This document shows, in pieces, positions 47,906 to 57,184 of a DNA stretch of 64,000 nucleotides (positions within the stretch are counted from its first letter, which is position 1; each line of letters opens with the position of its first letter). Location of the stretch: positions 64,040 to 128,039 of the forward strand of contig DASPYU010000017.1 of NCBI GenBank assembly GCA_035636595.1, written 5' to 3'. The notes under the pieces were generated by a model. The model was not told the DNA's origin. It saw only the letters and a program-made list of their open reading frames with translations, and did not search any database. This DNA is from Thermoplasmata archaeon (GTDB taxonomy: Archaea > Thermoplasmatota > Thermoplasmata > RBG-16-68-12). Made by a program: the position numbers and the translations under genes.

Positions 47906-48102
47906 GTTGCGTGAACCCAGACTGTTATCACGTTAAGAAACTTACCACGAGATTCTACTCCATGAAACCGGAATGAGGTTTGGATCGCGTGAAGGCAGGA
48001 CCGTGGCATCCTCGATCCGAGTTTGTGGAACGCAACCTTAAACAAGGTTAACTCGCCTGGACCGCGCCAACGACTTTCTAGGCCTGCGCCCTTTGCGCTC
48101 GC

Positions 48103-48165
48103 GCGTTTGTGATGACAAGAGGGTCAGCCGATTCTTCGTGACGACCCCTATGAGTGCTGAAACGC
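48103..48165 (+). ncRNA. Box C/D guide sRNA (sR-tMet-like)
   Basis: C GTGATGA 48109-15, 12-nt guide, D' CCGA, C' GTGACGA, 12-nt guide CCCCTATGAGTG, D CTGA 48157-60; terminal stem GCGTT/AACGC. Confidence 0.85.
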
Positions 48166-48208
48166 CATCGGTGCGGCTGCGTTTCGCGGCGCTGCCGCTC
48201 CCTCGACC

Positions 48209-50497
48209 TCACTCGGGGCGGCCGCGTCGCCTTCGACGTACGATCGCGTATCCGGCCAGTCCTGCTACCAAGATGCCGAGGCCAACGCCGACGATCCTGA
48301 AGGGTCCGGATGGGCCGGAGAGGCTCAGGACCGACGTATCGACGACGAACGAGACTTCGACGGTCGCGGTATTCCCCGCACGATCGCGCGCCTCGATCGT
48401 GGCGGTGTGCGGTCCATCGGTGAGTCCGGCGATCCGCACCGACGACGAGCCGATCGCGATGGGAATCTCCGCCCCGCCGTCAATCCGTGCGACGAGCCGA
48501 TCGAGTCCCGACCGCGCATCGGCGGCGCTGACCATGATGTCGACGTCCGATGTCGTGACGACGGCGCCCGACCGCGGGGAGAGAACCGAGACCGTCGGCG
48601 GGGTGGTGTCGACCATGAATGACCCCGTCGCCGCGTAGGCGTTGCCCGCGCTGTCGATCGCGGTGACCACGACGATGTGGCTCCCGTCCTCGACCCCGGT
48701 GAAGGAATACGCGGTGGCGGTCGGACCGAGCGTCGCGACCGGCACACCGTCCAGGGCCACCGTGACGCGATCGAGTCCCGAGCCGGAGTCGCCGGCGGTC
48801 CAGGCGACGTCGACGCGGTCCGTTGTGAGCGGCGCGGTCGGGAGGGCCTTCAGCGAGACGAATGGCGCCACGGTGTCCACGCCGAACGCGACGTCCTGGA
48901 CGGTGGTGAAACCGCCACGGTCCGCGACCTGGAGCCACACGGAGTGGGGTCCGTCGGGAACGCGTGCGAAGACGTATTCGGTCGCCGTCGGGTCGAGGTT
49001 CTGTTCGGGCCCGCCGTCGAGCGAAATCGCGATCTCGCCAACTCCCCAGCCCGCGTCCGAGGCCGTCCAGGCCACACGGACGTCGGCGGTATTCACGAAC
49101 GACCCCGATGCCGGCGACGTGATCGAGACGCGCGGCGCCTCCATATCCACGAGGATCGAGTTCGTGTCGGCCCCGACGTTCCCTCCGCGATCGACGGCGC
49201 GGACCTCGATGTCATGGGGCCCGTTCGAGAGGCCCGAGAGGTTCGTCATCTCCGTCTTCGCCGGGAGGGTTTCGACCGTCTCGCCGTCGAGCCGAACCTC
49301 GAAGTGGTCGAGGCCCAGCCCCACGTCGGACGACTCCCACCGGACTCCCGTCGAGTTAGTCCCGAGGACGGTACCGTCCGTCGGCGCGCGGATCGTCACC
49401 GTCGGCGGGGTGCTGTCGGGGCTCAAGATCAGGTCGCCGTACAGCACGAGCTTCAGGAAATATCCGTACTCCGGCCAGGCGCTGTACCCGTCCGCGGACA
49501 TGTCGTACACGCCGGGCGACGCCTGGCTTCCGCCAAAGAATCCGATCGTGCCGCCGGGCTGGACTTTGATCAGGGCGAAGGGGATCGCCAGCTCGTATAT
49601 GCGGTGGTCGGCCGCGCTGTAGTCGCTCGTGCCGAAACCCCATGCGCCGAAGAGACCCTTGTGATCTGGGAGGGAGCGATCGAAGGGACAATCGTGGAGG
49701 ATCCAGAATTCGAACTCGGACGAGTAGACGAGGTGGGCTTGCTCTCCACAGATGTTGCCCCCGAGGGCGAACTGATCGTCGTGGCCGTCCCTCGGAATCG
49801 CATCGTTGAAGGTGTCGAACCCGATCGCCGCGGTGTCGTACGCATCTCGCGTCACGTCGCCGGTGACGTCGTACGCCACGTAGAGGCGCTCGTTGTCGTC
49901 CTTCACGAAGAGCAGTCCCGGGACGAAGTTCGCGCTGATCGCCGAGAGGTTCTCGATGTGCGCGTCGGCCCATTCACCGGGCGACATCGCCCCGTCGATG
50001 GTCGGCACGGTCGTCGTGAAGGGCGAGCTGATGGCGGGCGGTTCGAAGTCGATTCCGCGGTACGGGCCCGTCGTGTAATTGTCGAAGTCGATAATCTCAA
50101 AGCTGGCCCAGTCGTACAACTCGAGGCGGAGCGTGTACGGCCCGTCGCGGCCGGTCGCCGCCACCCTCGCTCCGCTGACGGTGAGCCGGACCGTATGCGC
50201 GCCCGGATCGAGCTGCGTCCGGTTGAATGAGGGAGAAATGACGAATTCGTACCGATCCTGCATGTATCCCTGGAGATAGTACGTCTTGCCGACATCAACG
50301 GAGATGCTGACGTCGAACACGATGTAGTTCAGCTTGCCGTTTCCGTCCGGATCGATACCGAGGTGCGAGTGGGGAGGGGCAAAGTGCGCGTCCGTGGTCC
50401 CGACCGGCGCGTGGACCGATGAGACAGATTGAACGGTCGGGGCCGCGGTCACCAACGATGACGCGACCAGGATCGCCGCAATCGCGGCGGCCACCAC
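48209..50497 (-). CDS. Cell-surface protein with CBM9/DOMON-like domain and four Ig-like repeats
   Basis: Signal peptide, PTIDG.MSPGEW domain, four D..PP.V...G.H...A.D..GN repeats, C-terminal TM and RRRRR. Confidence 0.8.
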   Translation of the reverse strand: MVAAAIAAILVASSLVTAAPTVQSVSSVHAPVGTTDAHFAPPHSHLGIDPDGNGKLNYIVFDVSISVDVGKTYYLQGYMQDRYEFVISPSFNRTQLDPGAHTVRLTVSGARVAATGRDGPYTLRLELYDWASFEIIDFDNYTTGPYRGIDFEPPAISSPFTTTVPTIDGAMSPGEWADAHIENLSAISANFVPGLLFVKDDNERLYVAYDVTGDVTRDAYDTAAIGFDTFNDAIPRDGHDDQFALGGNICGEQAHLVYSSEFEFWILHDCPFDRSLPDHKGLFGAWGFGTSDYSAADHRIYELAIPFALIKVQPGGTIGFFGGSQASPGVYDMSADGYSAWPEYGYFLKLVLYGDLILSPDSTPPTVTIRAPTDGTVLGTNSTGVRWESSDVGLGLDHFEVRLDGETVETLPAKTEMTNLSGLSNGPHDIEVRAVDRGGNVGADTNSILVDMEAPRVSITSPASGSFVNTADVRVAWTASDAGWGVGEIAISLDGGPEQNLDPTATEYVFARVPDGPHSVWLQVADRGGFTTVQDVAFGVDTVAPFVSLKALPTAPLTTDRVDVAWTAGDSGSGLDRVTVALDGVPVATLGPTATAYSFTGVEDGSHIVVVTAIDSAGNAYAATGSFMVDTTPPTVSVLSPRSGAVVTTSDVDIMVSAADARSGLDRLVARIDGGAEIPIAIGSSSVRIAGLTDGPHTATIEARDRAGNTATVEVSFVVDTSVLSLSGPSGPFRIVGVGLGILVAGLAGYAIVRRRRRGRPE

Positions 50498-50679
50498 GAG
50501 GACACGGGGCTGCGCGGGGTGCTGCCTCCTCCGGGTTCGGAAGGGAGTCTGCCACGATAAAAGCTGCGCCGAATCTCGGGCCGGTCGAGCGGGTACACGT
50601 GCGGACGGAATCAGGGCTGATACGCGGCCCGTAACGGACTTAGGAGGGGACGGGCGTCGGAAGAATTCCCGAGGTCAGC

Positions 50680-52122
50680 ATGGACCGCTCCGTGCGATTC
50701 CGTCCGATCGCGATCGTGATGGCCGCCCTCGTCCTCGCCGGCGTCGCCTCGATCGCTCCGGCGCCTCCGGTCGCGGCGGGGACCGCGGTCATCTTCAGCG
50801 AGGACTTCGAGAGCGGGATAATCTCATCTTCCTGGGAAGTCCGGGACACAAACCCACTGGCCGGACTCGACACCTGGGGGATCTCGGACTACCGCGCGAA
50901 CAGCGGCAACTACAGCGCCTGGTGCGCGGAGGTCGGCACGCAGTCGATCGGCGGCCAGAACAACACGGCCGTCCAGGAGTACGACGACAACATGCAGGCG
51001 GACCTCATCGTCAACCTGAGCGCGAACGGCTTCACGAGCCTCACCCTCTCGTTCTACTATTACTCGCACACGGAGAACGGCGGCGGCGACTGGGTCCAAG
51101 CATGGTATGAGGCCGGTGGCGTGCAGTTCGCGATCTTCAACAACACCGGCGGCACCGGTAACAGATTCGACCTCGCGTCCGTGGCGGTTCCGACGAACGT
51201 CGAGCGCCTCATCATCCGGTTCCACAGCGACGCCGCGAACCACGGGTTCGAGGGCGCATACGTGGATGACATCGTGCTCACGGGATCAGAGAGCGTCCCG
51301 CCGACCTCGAGCGTGTCGGCCTTGGCGACCTTCTCGAATGCCGTGCCGACGATGATCCCCTACACCGCGCAGGACAATGCGAATGCGAGCGGCGTCGCGT
51401 ACGCCGAGCTCTGGTACCGCCCCGGGACCTCCGGGAACTTCACGCTCTACACGACTCCCGCGGATCCATCCGGCCAGTGGATCACACGGTCCATCCCGTT
51501 TGATGCGAGCCTCGCGGCGGGCGACGGATACTACGAGTTCTACACGATCGCGGTCGACCGCGCCGCGAACGTCGAGTCGCCGCCTTCCACCGCAGATGCC
51601 TCGACCACGATCGACACCGTGGCTCCGACGCTCACGATCACCTCCCCCACGGCGGGTGCCCAGATCGACGGGTCTGCGGTTGCGGTGGCATGGAACGCGT
51701 CCGACAGCCTTTCTGGAATCGATCATTTTGAGGTGAGCGTCGATGGCGGCGCGTTCACGAGCACCGGGACGATCGCGTCCGCGTCGATTGGCGACTTGGC
51801 GGCGGGCAACCACACGATCACCGTGCGCGCATACGACCGAGCGGGCAACGTCCGGGAAGCGACGATCGGCGTCGCCCTCCTTGGCGGGGCGGCGTTCCCC
51901 TGGCTCTGGGTTATCCTTGCGATCGCAGTGATCCTCGGACTCCTCCTGTTCTTCGTTTGGTGGAAGCGCCGCAAGGACGAGGAAGAAGAGGCGGCGATTG
52001 CGGCGGCGGGAGCTGTCGAACCCTCAACGCCGTCTGCCAAGGGCGATGCCAACGAGCCGACACCCGATGAGAAATCCAACCCGGACCAAGCACAGGCCAA
52101 GCCACCCGCTTCGCTCCCGTAG
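50680..52122 (+). CDS. Cell-surface protein (MAM-like beta-sandwich plus Ig-like domains)
   Basis: Signal peptide, FSEDFESG...GAYVDDI, YEFYTIAVD, Ig repeat, TM, WKRRK and acidic tail. Confidence 0.8.
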   Translation: MDRSVRFRPIAIVMAALVLAGVASIAPAPPVAAGTAVIFSEDFESGIISSSWEVRDTNPLAGLDTWGISDYRANSGNYSAWCAEVGTQSIGGQNNTAVQEYDDNMQADLIVNLSANGFTSLTLSFYYYSHTENGGGDWVQAWYEAGGVQFAIFNNTGGTGNRFDLASVAVPTNVERLIIRFHSDAANHGFEGAYVDDIVLTGSESVPPTSSVSALATFSNAVPTMIPYTAQDNANASGVAYAELWYRPGTSGNFTLYTTPADPSGQWITRSIPFDASLAAGDGYYEFYTIAVDRAANVESPPSTADASTTIDTVAPTLTITSPTAGAQIDGSAVAVAWNASDSLSGIDHFEVSVDGGAFTSTGTIASASIGDLAAGNHTITVRAYDRAGNVREATIGVALLGGAAFPWLWVILAIAVILGLLLFFVWWKRRKDEEEEAAIAAAGAVEPSTPSAKGDANEPTPDEKSNPDQAQAKPPASLP

Positions 52123-52191
52123 CGGCGCGACCGCTCAACCCAACCGAAAGAGAGAAAGGGGCGGTCCGGCGAGGACCGCCATGTCACGTTC

Positions 52192-54525
52192 CTAGAGGTT
52201 CGGGTTCGTGCCCGTCATCTCGGCGACGAGTTCGCTCGGCATCGCGTCGACGTCGGAAAGTCCACCGTGGAGGTTCCCGTTGAGGCCGCCGTTGCTCCGC
52301 TGGACCCCGACGAACCAAGGTGCCCTCAGGGTCGTGCTGCCGCAACCCGCGACGACGTCGCCGAAGAAGAAGCCCGTCCCGATCGACTGGCCTCCCGAGA
52401 GGGTCACGGTGGCCCAGGCGGTGCCGCCCGACGGAACCGACAGCGTGGCCGGAGACACGGAGACCCAGGTCCCGGACGTCGCGCTCACGACGCTCAAGGC
52501 GCACGTCAGCCCGCTCCCGGTCTCGTCGTGGAACGCGACGGACATCGCACCGTTCACGGGTTTCCCGCCGGTGAAGACGCCGAAGCTCACCGAGGCGGGA
52601 TACAGAGTCGCCGGAGTGTTGTCGGCCGACCAAACGTTGATGCGACCTCCACCGCGGGACAGCGGGCTCGCGAGGGCCGCGCCGTTGCTCGGACTCTTGA
52701 CGGGCCGGTCGGCGTTGTTCACGAGGGCCGACTTCACCTGCGCCGGCGACCAGTCCGGGTGCGCCGCGAGCAGGAGCGCCGCGGAGCCGGTCGTGTGCGG
52801 GGTCGCCATCGAGGTGCCCTGGAAGAACGCGTACGAGGGCGCGTACGTCCCGTCCGGGTTGATCGAGAAGACGCTCGAGAGCACGTTGACGCCCGGCGCG
52901 GTCACGTCCGGTTTGATCAGGAACGTGTACGGCGTCGGCCCGCGGCTCGAGAATCCGGCGAGGTAGTCCGAGTTCGACGTGACGACCTCGACGATCGTGG
53001 TGCCGTCCGCGGTGATCTGCGCTCCGTCGTGGGCCGCCAGCGTCGCTCCGTCCGTGTTCGAGACCATCGCGGCGGGGATCGTCGGGTTGTGCACCCCATC
53101 GGCCCCCATCGAGATTGGGTCGCCGAACACGTTGTTCACGATGATCGCGCCGGCCGCGCCAGCATCCTGCGCGTTCTGGATCTTCGTCCCGAAGGTGCAG
53201 ACGCCGCGGTTGATCACCGCGATCTTTCCCGAGACGTCGTTCGTGATCGCCGTGCAGCCGTTCGCCGGGACCGTGTTCGCGATGTTGCCGGTCATCGCGG
53301 GATCGTAGTTCGCGAACTGTCCGACCGCAGCTCCGACGGTCGTGCCCTGGAGGCCGCCGAACGCCGCGTCGTCGAGCTTCACGGAGATCCCCATGTAGTG
53401 GGGGTCCGTGCTCGCGCCCGCGGTGATGACGTTCGCCGCGGAGCCCGGCGACTCGATGGTCAGGGTCCCGGGTCCGGAGTTACCGGCGGCGACGGCTGCG
53501 ACGACGCCCGCATCCACGGCCGCGTTCAGCGCGTCTGCGAGCATGTCGTGCGGGCCCTGGACGCCTCCGCCGATGCTCAGGTTGATGACGTCCATGCCGT
53601 CGATGACCGCCTGCTCCACCGCCGCCGCGATGTCGTGGCTGAAAGCGCTCCCTTGCAGTATGTAATAGCCGACGCCCATCCCGGGGAACACGTTGTAGTC
53701 GTACAGGGTCACACCGGGAGCGACGCCGCTCAGGAACCCGAGGGTGGTCCCGCTCGCCGGGGCGAGGGCCAGGTTCGTCGATCCGACGTTCACCGGGCCT
53801 TCGATCTTGCAGCCGCCGATGGTTCCCGCGACGTGGGTCCCGTGGTCCGCGACGATCGTCGTCCCGAACGGCAGGCCGCTGAAGTAGGGCCCGCGGTGAA
53901 CGACGGGGTTGTCCGCGCGGCAACTCGCGATGAACGGATGCGTGTCGAGCACCCCGGTGTCCACGACGCCGACCTTGATGTTCGCGAGATTGCCGTAGTC
54001 CGGCGTCCCGGAGAGATCGACGCCGAGCGTCGACCACACGGCGGGCGCATGGATGAGCGGGACCGAGACGTCCATCGAGGGTTGGTAGAGCCAGTCTGGG
54101 GCGACGTCGACCACGCCGGGTGCACCGCGCAAGGTGTCGGGGGCGACGCCGTTCAGCTGGACCGCCATTCCGTTGAAGACGACCGAGTACTCGCGGACGA
54201 CCTCGACCAACGCGACGTTCGTGTGCATCCAAGCGCGGAAGTTCGCGTGGGAGTTGGAGAGGAAGTTGTCATACGCCTGCGCCGCGGGCGACGTCAGATC
54301 GAGATGCTTGCCCGGGTCCGCTTTCGTCTTCAGATACCCGGGGATCCCGCCCGCATATTCGGACACCGACGGGTCCGCGAACTGAATGATCGCGAAGTTC
54401 GGCACTTGGTCCGGGCCCCCACGGTTTCCGCCGCGATCCGCGGCTGCACCGAAGCTCAGGGGCGCGACCAACAGGATCAGTAATCCAATCGCTAGCACGT
54501 ACGGTATCACGCTTCGATTCGACAT
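52192..54525 (-). CDS. S8 subtilisin-like protease (Vpr-like; I9 propeptide, PA domain)
   Basis: VGVVDTG, HGTHVAGT, AAGNSG, RGVCTF..K, FSSRGP and GTSMATPH. Confidence 0.93.
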   Translation of the reverse strand: MSNRSVIPYVLAIGLLILLVAPLSFGAAADRGGNRGGPDQVPNFAIIQFADPSVSEYAGGIPGYLKTKADPGKHLDLTSPAAQAYDNFLSNSHANFRAWMHTNVALVEVVREYSVVFNGMAVQLNGVAPDTLRGAPGVVDVAPDWLYQPSMDVSVPLIHAPAVWSTLGVDLSGTPDYGNLANIKVGVVDTGVLDTHPFIASCRADNPVVHRGPYFSGLPFGTTIVADHGTHVAGTIGGCKIEGPVNVGSTNLALAPASGTTLGFLSGVAPGVTLYDYNVFPGMGVGYYILQGSAFSHDIAAAVEQAVIDGMDVINLSIGGGVQGPHDMLADALNAAVDAGVVAAVAAGNSGPGTLTIESPGSAANVITAGASTDPHYMGISVKLDDAAFGGLQGTTVGAAVGQFANYDPAMTGNIANTVPANGCTAITNDVSGKIAVINRGVCTFGTKIQNAQDAGAAGAIIVNNVFGDPISMGADGVHNPTIPAAMVSNTDGATLAAHDGAQITADGTTIVEVVTSNSDYLAGFSSRGPTPYTFLIKPDVTAPGVNVLSSVFSINPDGTYAPSYAFFQGTSMATPHTTGSAALLLAAHPDWSPAQVKSALVNNADRPVKSPSNGAALASPLSRGGGRINVWSADNTPATLYPASVSFGVFTGGKPVNGAMSVAFHDETGSGLTCALSVVSATSGTWVSVSPATLSVPSGGTAWATVTLSGGQSIGTGFFFGDVVAGCGSTTLRAPWFVGVQRSNGGLNGNLHGGLSDVDAMPSELVAEMTGTNPNL

Positions 54526-54688
54526 CGAAATGCACTCCTCCAAGATCCCCGACGGAACCCCCGCCGAGCGGTTCCTGATGCGCGTGACCGTAGAAAAAAC
54601 TTGGCCCGCACGGGAGAAACCGCTATCGAATCTGATAGGACGACGCGATGCGAATCCAATTTCGTTTCGTCATCGGGTCGCGCGAGAC

Positions 54689-55210
54689 CTAGGGAGCCGG
54701 TGGTTCCGGATCCGCAATTCGTCGAACCTCGACGACGACGCCGGGTGCACCGTAGTCCTTCGTGGCGGAGATGTCGACAACTTGGCTGTCGTCCGCGAAG
54801 ATGACGTACGTGAGTGAATCTAAGACGCTCCGGCAAAGTTTGTCTAAATCGGGCCTTTTGTCCGGCCATACCCGCCGTCTCTTCGGAGCGGATTTCGGTT
54901 TCGGGATTCCGAAGTGCAATTCAATCCCAACCGGACCTTCCCAGGGCTCATCCGGGGCGAACCGCTGCGCGACGTCGGCCACGATTCGTCGCCAACTCGA
55001 GAGGCCCTTCGCCGTCGAGGTGATCACCGGCTTCCCCTTCACGACGAAGGCCCGAGTGGAGCCCTGCGGGACGGGGAGACCGTGAACTCGGAACGAGATG
55101 AGCGAGTTCGTCCGGACGCCTCCCGAAACCGGGAAGACGGACCGATCGGCCGAGCGCACCGCATGGTCCGTGGGGACCGGATCCTTGCTCTTCGGCATGC
55201 GGGTCGCCAT
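54689..55210 (-). CDS. rusA: RusA family crossover junction endodeoxyribonuclease
   Basis: V.G.PVPQGS, RPDLDKL.RSVLDSL and FADDSQVV....K.Y. Confidence 0.85.
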   Translation of the reverse strand: MATRMPKSKDPVPTDHAVRSADRSVFPVSGGVRTNSLISFRVHGLPVPQGSTRAFVVKGKPVITSTAKGLSSWRRIVADVAQRFAPDEPWEGPVGIELHFGIPKPKSAPKRRRVWPDKRPDLDKLCRSVLDSLTYVIFADDSQVVDISATKDYGAPGVVVEVRRIADPEPPAP

Positions 55211-55355
55211 TTCCCATCCTCACCCCCGTGGCGGCGGCGGTGTCTGACGTCCAGCGGACAATGCCTCGCGCGGTATTAACATTTCTCCGGGCTCGGCTCG
55301 CTAACTATCTTCGGCGGGTATTTAGCCGCTTCCCTGGGATCGGTAACTCCGGCGC

Positions 55356-55733
55356 CTACTTGATTGCTGTCCTCGCGCGGTCGATGTTGTCCACGACAAG
55401 CGCGATCTCTGTCCGACCGTTCTTCGACCCGAGGATGTAGATCGAATGGACGTTGATGCTCGCGCGGGCGAGACGCCGGGCGACCTTCGCGAGTTCGCCG
55501 GGTCGATCCATGAGCTCGAGGTTGAGGATGTCGCTGAGCTCGTACTTCATGCCCGCGGTCGCGAGAGCCTTCTCCGTCGTCTGGACGTCCTGCGTCACGA
55601 CCCGCAGGAAGGAGGCATCGTGCTTCGATTCGCTGGCGATCGCCCGGATGTTCACCGCCGCACCGGCGAGCGCCTCCGTCACGCGCGCAAGCTCTCCGGT
55701 TTTGTCGGCCACGAAAACCTTGAACTCTTTCAT
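55356..55733 (-). CDS. Tandem ACT-domain protein
   Basis: DKTGELARV...VNI and DRPGELAKVA..L...INV. Confidence 0.85.
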   Translation of the reverse strand: MKEFKVFVADKTGELARVTEALAGAAVNIRAIASESKHDASFLRVVTQDVQTTEKALATAGMKYELSDILNLELMDRPGELAKVARRLARASINVHSIYILGSKNGRTEIALVVDNIDRARTAIK

Positions 55734-55815
55734 CGAACTCCCCACCTAGGCGCGGTGGTGAATCGCTTCCGAGCATAGAAAAGTCTTGCTCACGGCAGGT
55801 GACGACGCGAGCGCG

Positions 55816-57129
55816 TCACGGAACCAGTCGGTTCCGGTCCCGTGGGAACAGGATCGCTTCCCGGATGTTCGGCAGGTCGAGCAGCTTCTGGACGAACCGG
55901 TCCAGGCCGAAGCCCCAGCCGCCGTGCGGGGGCATCCCGTACCGGAAGGCCTTCAGGTAGAACTCGAAGCTCTCCGGGTTGAGCCCTTTCTCTTTCATCT
56001 TCGCGACGAGCGTCTCGTATCGATGTTCGCGCTGGCCGCCCGAGGCCATCTCGTCCCCCCTGTACTCCAGGTCGAACGAATACGAGTACTCGGGTTCGTC
56101 GGCTTTCGACATGACGTAGAACGGCTTGATGTCGCTCGGGTATTCCGTGATGAAGAACAGGTCGTGGCCCTCCTGGCCGAGGGCCTGTCCCAGGAGCTTC
56201 TCGCCCTCCGTGTCGATGTCGTCGCCGTCGCGCACGCGCTTGCCCCGGCCCCGGAGGATCTCGAGGGCTTCCGGGTATGGGACATTCCGGAGCGGGATCT
56301 TCGGTCGCTTCGGATCCGCGTGGAGGAGCTCGAGCTCGGCTCTCGCGTCGGCCCGCACGCGCTCGATCGCATGGTCCACGGCGCCCGCGAGGACCCGCAG
56401 CACATCCTCTTGGTGCGCAATCCACGCCACCTCTCCGTCGAAGGACGTGAATTCGGTGACGTGCCGCACGGTGTCCGAGGGCTCCGCGCGAAACGCCGGA
56501 GCGATCTCGTAGACGCGGTCGAAGCCGGTGGCCATGAGCATCTGCTTGTACAGCTGCGGGCTCTGACTCAGGAACGCGCGACGGCCGAAGTAGTCCGTCT
56601 GAAACAGCGTCGCACCGCCTTCCGCTCCCGCGCCCGCGAGCTTCGGCGTCTGTACTTCGACGAACCCCTCCCGATCGAGGTACGCGCGCAGCGCCGCCGC
56701 GACGAGTGCCCGCACCCGGAAGATCGCCCGCCGCTCCGGCTTCCGGAGGTCGAGGACGCGGTTGTCGAAGCGGGTGTCCATCTCCGCACCGACTTTGTCC
56801 GCGACGGGGAGCGGCAGCGGCGCGGCGGCGGGACTGATCACCTCGGCGGCGGAGGCGACGAGTTCCCAGCCGTTGCGGACCTGCGGATTGGGCTGGATCG
56901 TCCCTCGCGCGACGACGACGCTCTCGCGGACGAGGTGGGCCGCGGCGTCGAAGAGGGCCTCGTTGACTTTCTTCTTCACCGTGACCTGGAACGTCCCGGA
57001 CCGCTGTCGCACGATGAGAAAGGCGATCCCGCCGAGGTTGCGCACGTCCTCGACCCAGCCCGCGAGGGAGGCCTCCTTCCCTCCATCTCCCGGTCCGATC
57101 GACTCGATCGACCGGAGGGGGTTCGCCAT
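55816..57129 (-). CDS. aspS: Aspartyl-tRNA synthetase (archaeal type)
   Basis: LSQSPQLYKQ, FRAE, SGGQRE and YGMPPHGGWGFGLDR...LFPRD; TTTAATA box at 57154-57160. Confidence 0.95.
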   Translation of the reverse strand: MANPLRSIESIGPGDGGKEASLAGWVEDVRNLGGIAFLIVRQRSGTFQVTVKKKVNEALFDAAAHLVRESVVVARGTIQPNPQVRNGWELVASAAEVISPAAAPLPLPVADKVGAEMDTRFDNRVLDLRKPERRAIFRVRALVAAALRAYLDREGFVEVQTPKLAGAGAEGGATLFQTDYFGRRAFLSQSPQLYKQMLMATGFDRVYEIAPAFRAEPSDTVRHVTEFTSFDGEVAWIAHQEDVLRVLAGAVDHAIERVRADARAELELLHADPKRPKIPLRNVPYPEALEILRGRGKRVRDGDDIDTEGEKLLGQALGQEGHDLFFITEYPSDIKPFYVMSKADEPEYSYSFDLEYRGDEMASGGQREHRYETLVAKMKEKGLNPESFEFYLKAFRYGMPPHGGWGFGLDRFVQKLLDLPNIREAILFPRDRNRLVP

Positions 57130-57184
57130 GGAGGCGCGGAGAACGGCGAGGTCTATTAAAGGAATCGGTGAAGGCGAAAAGATT

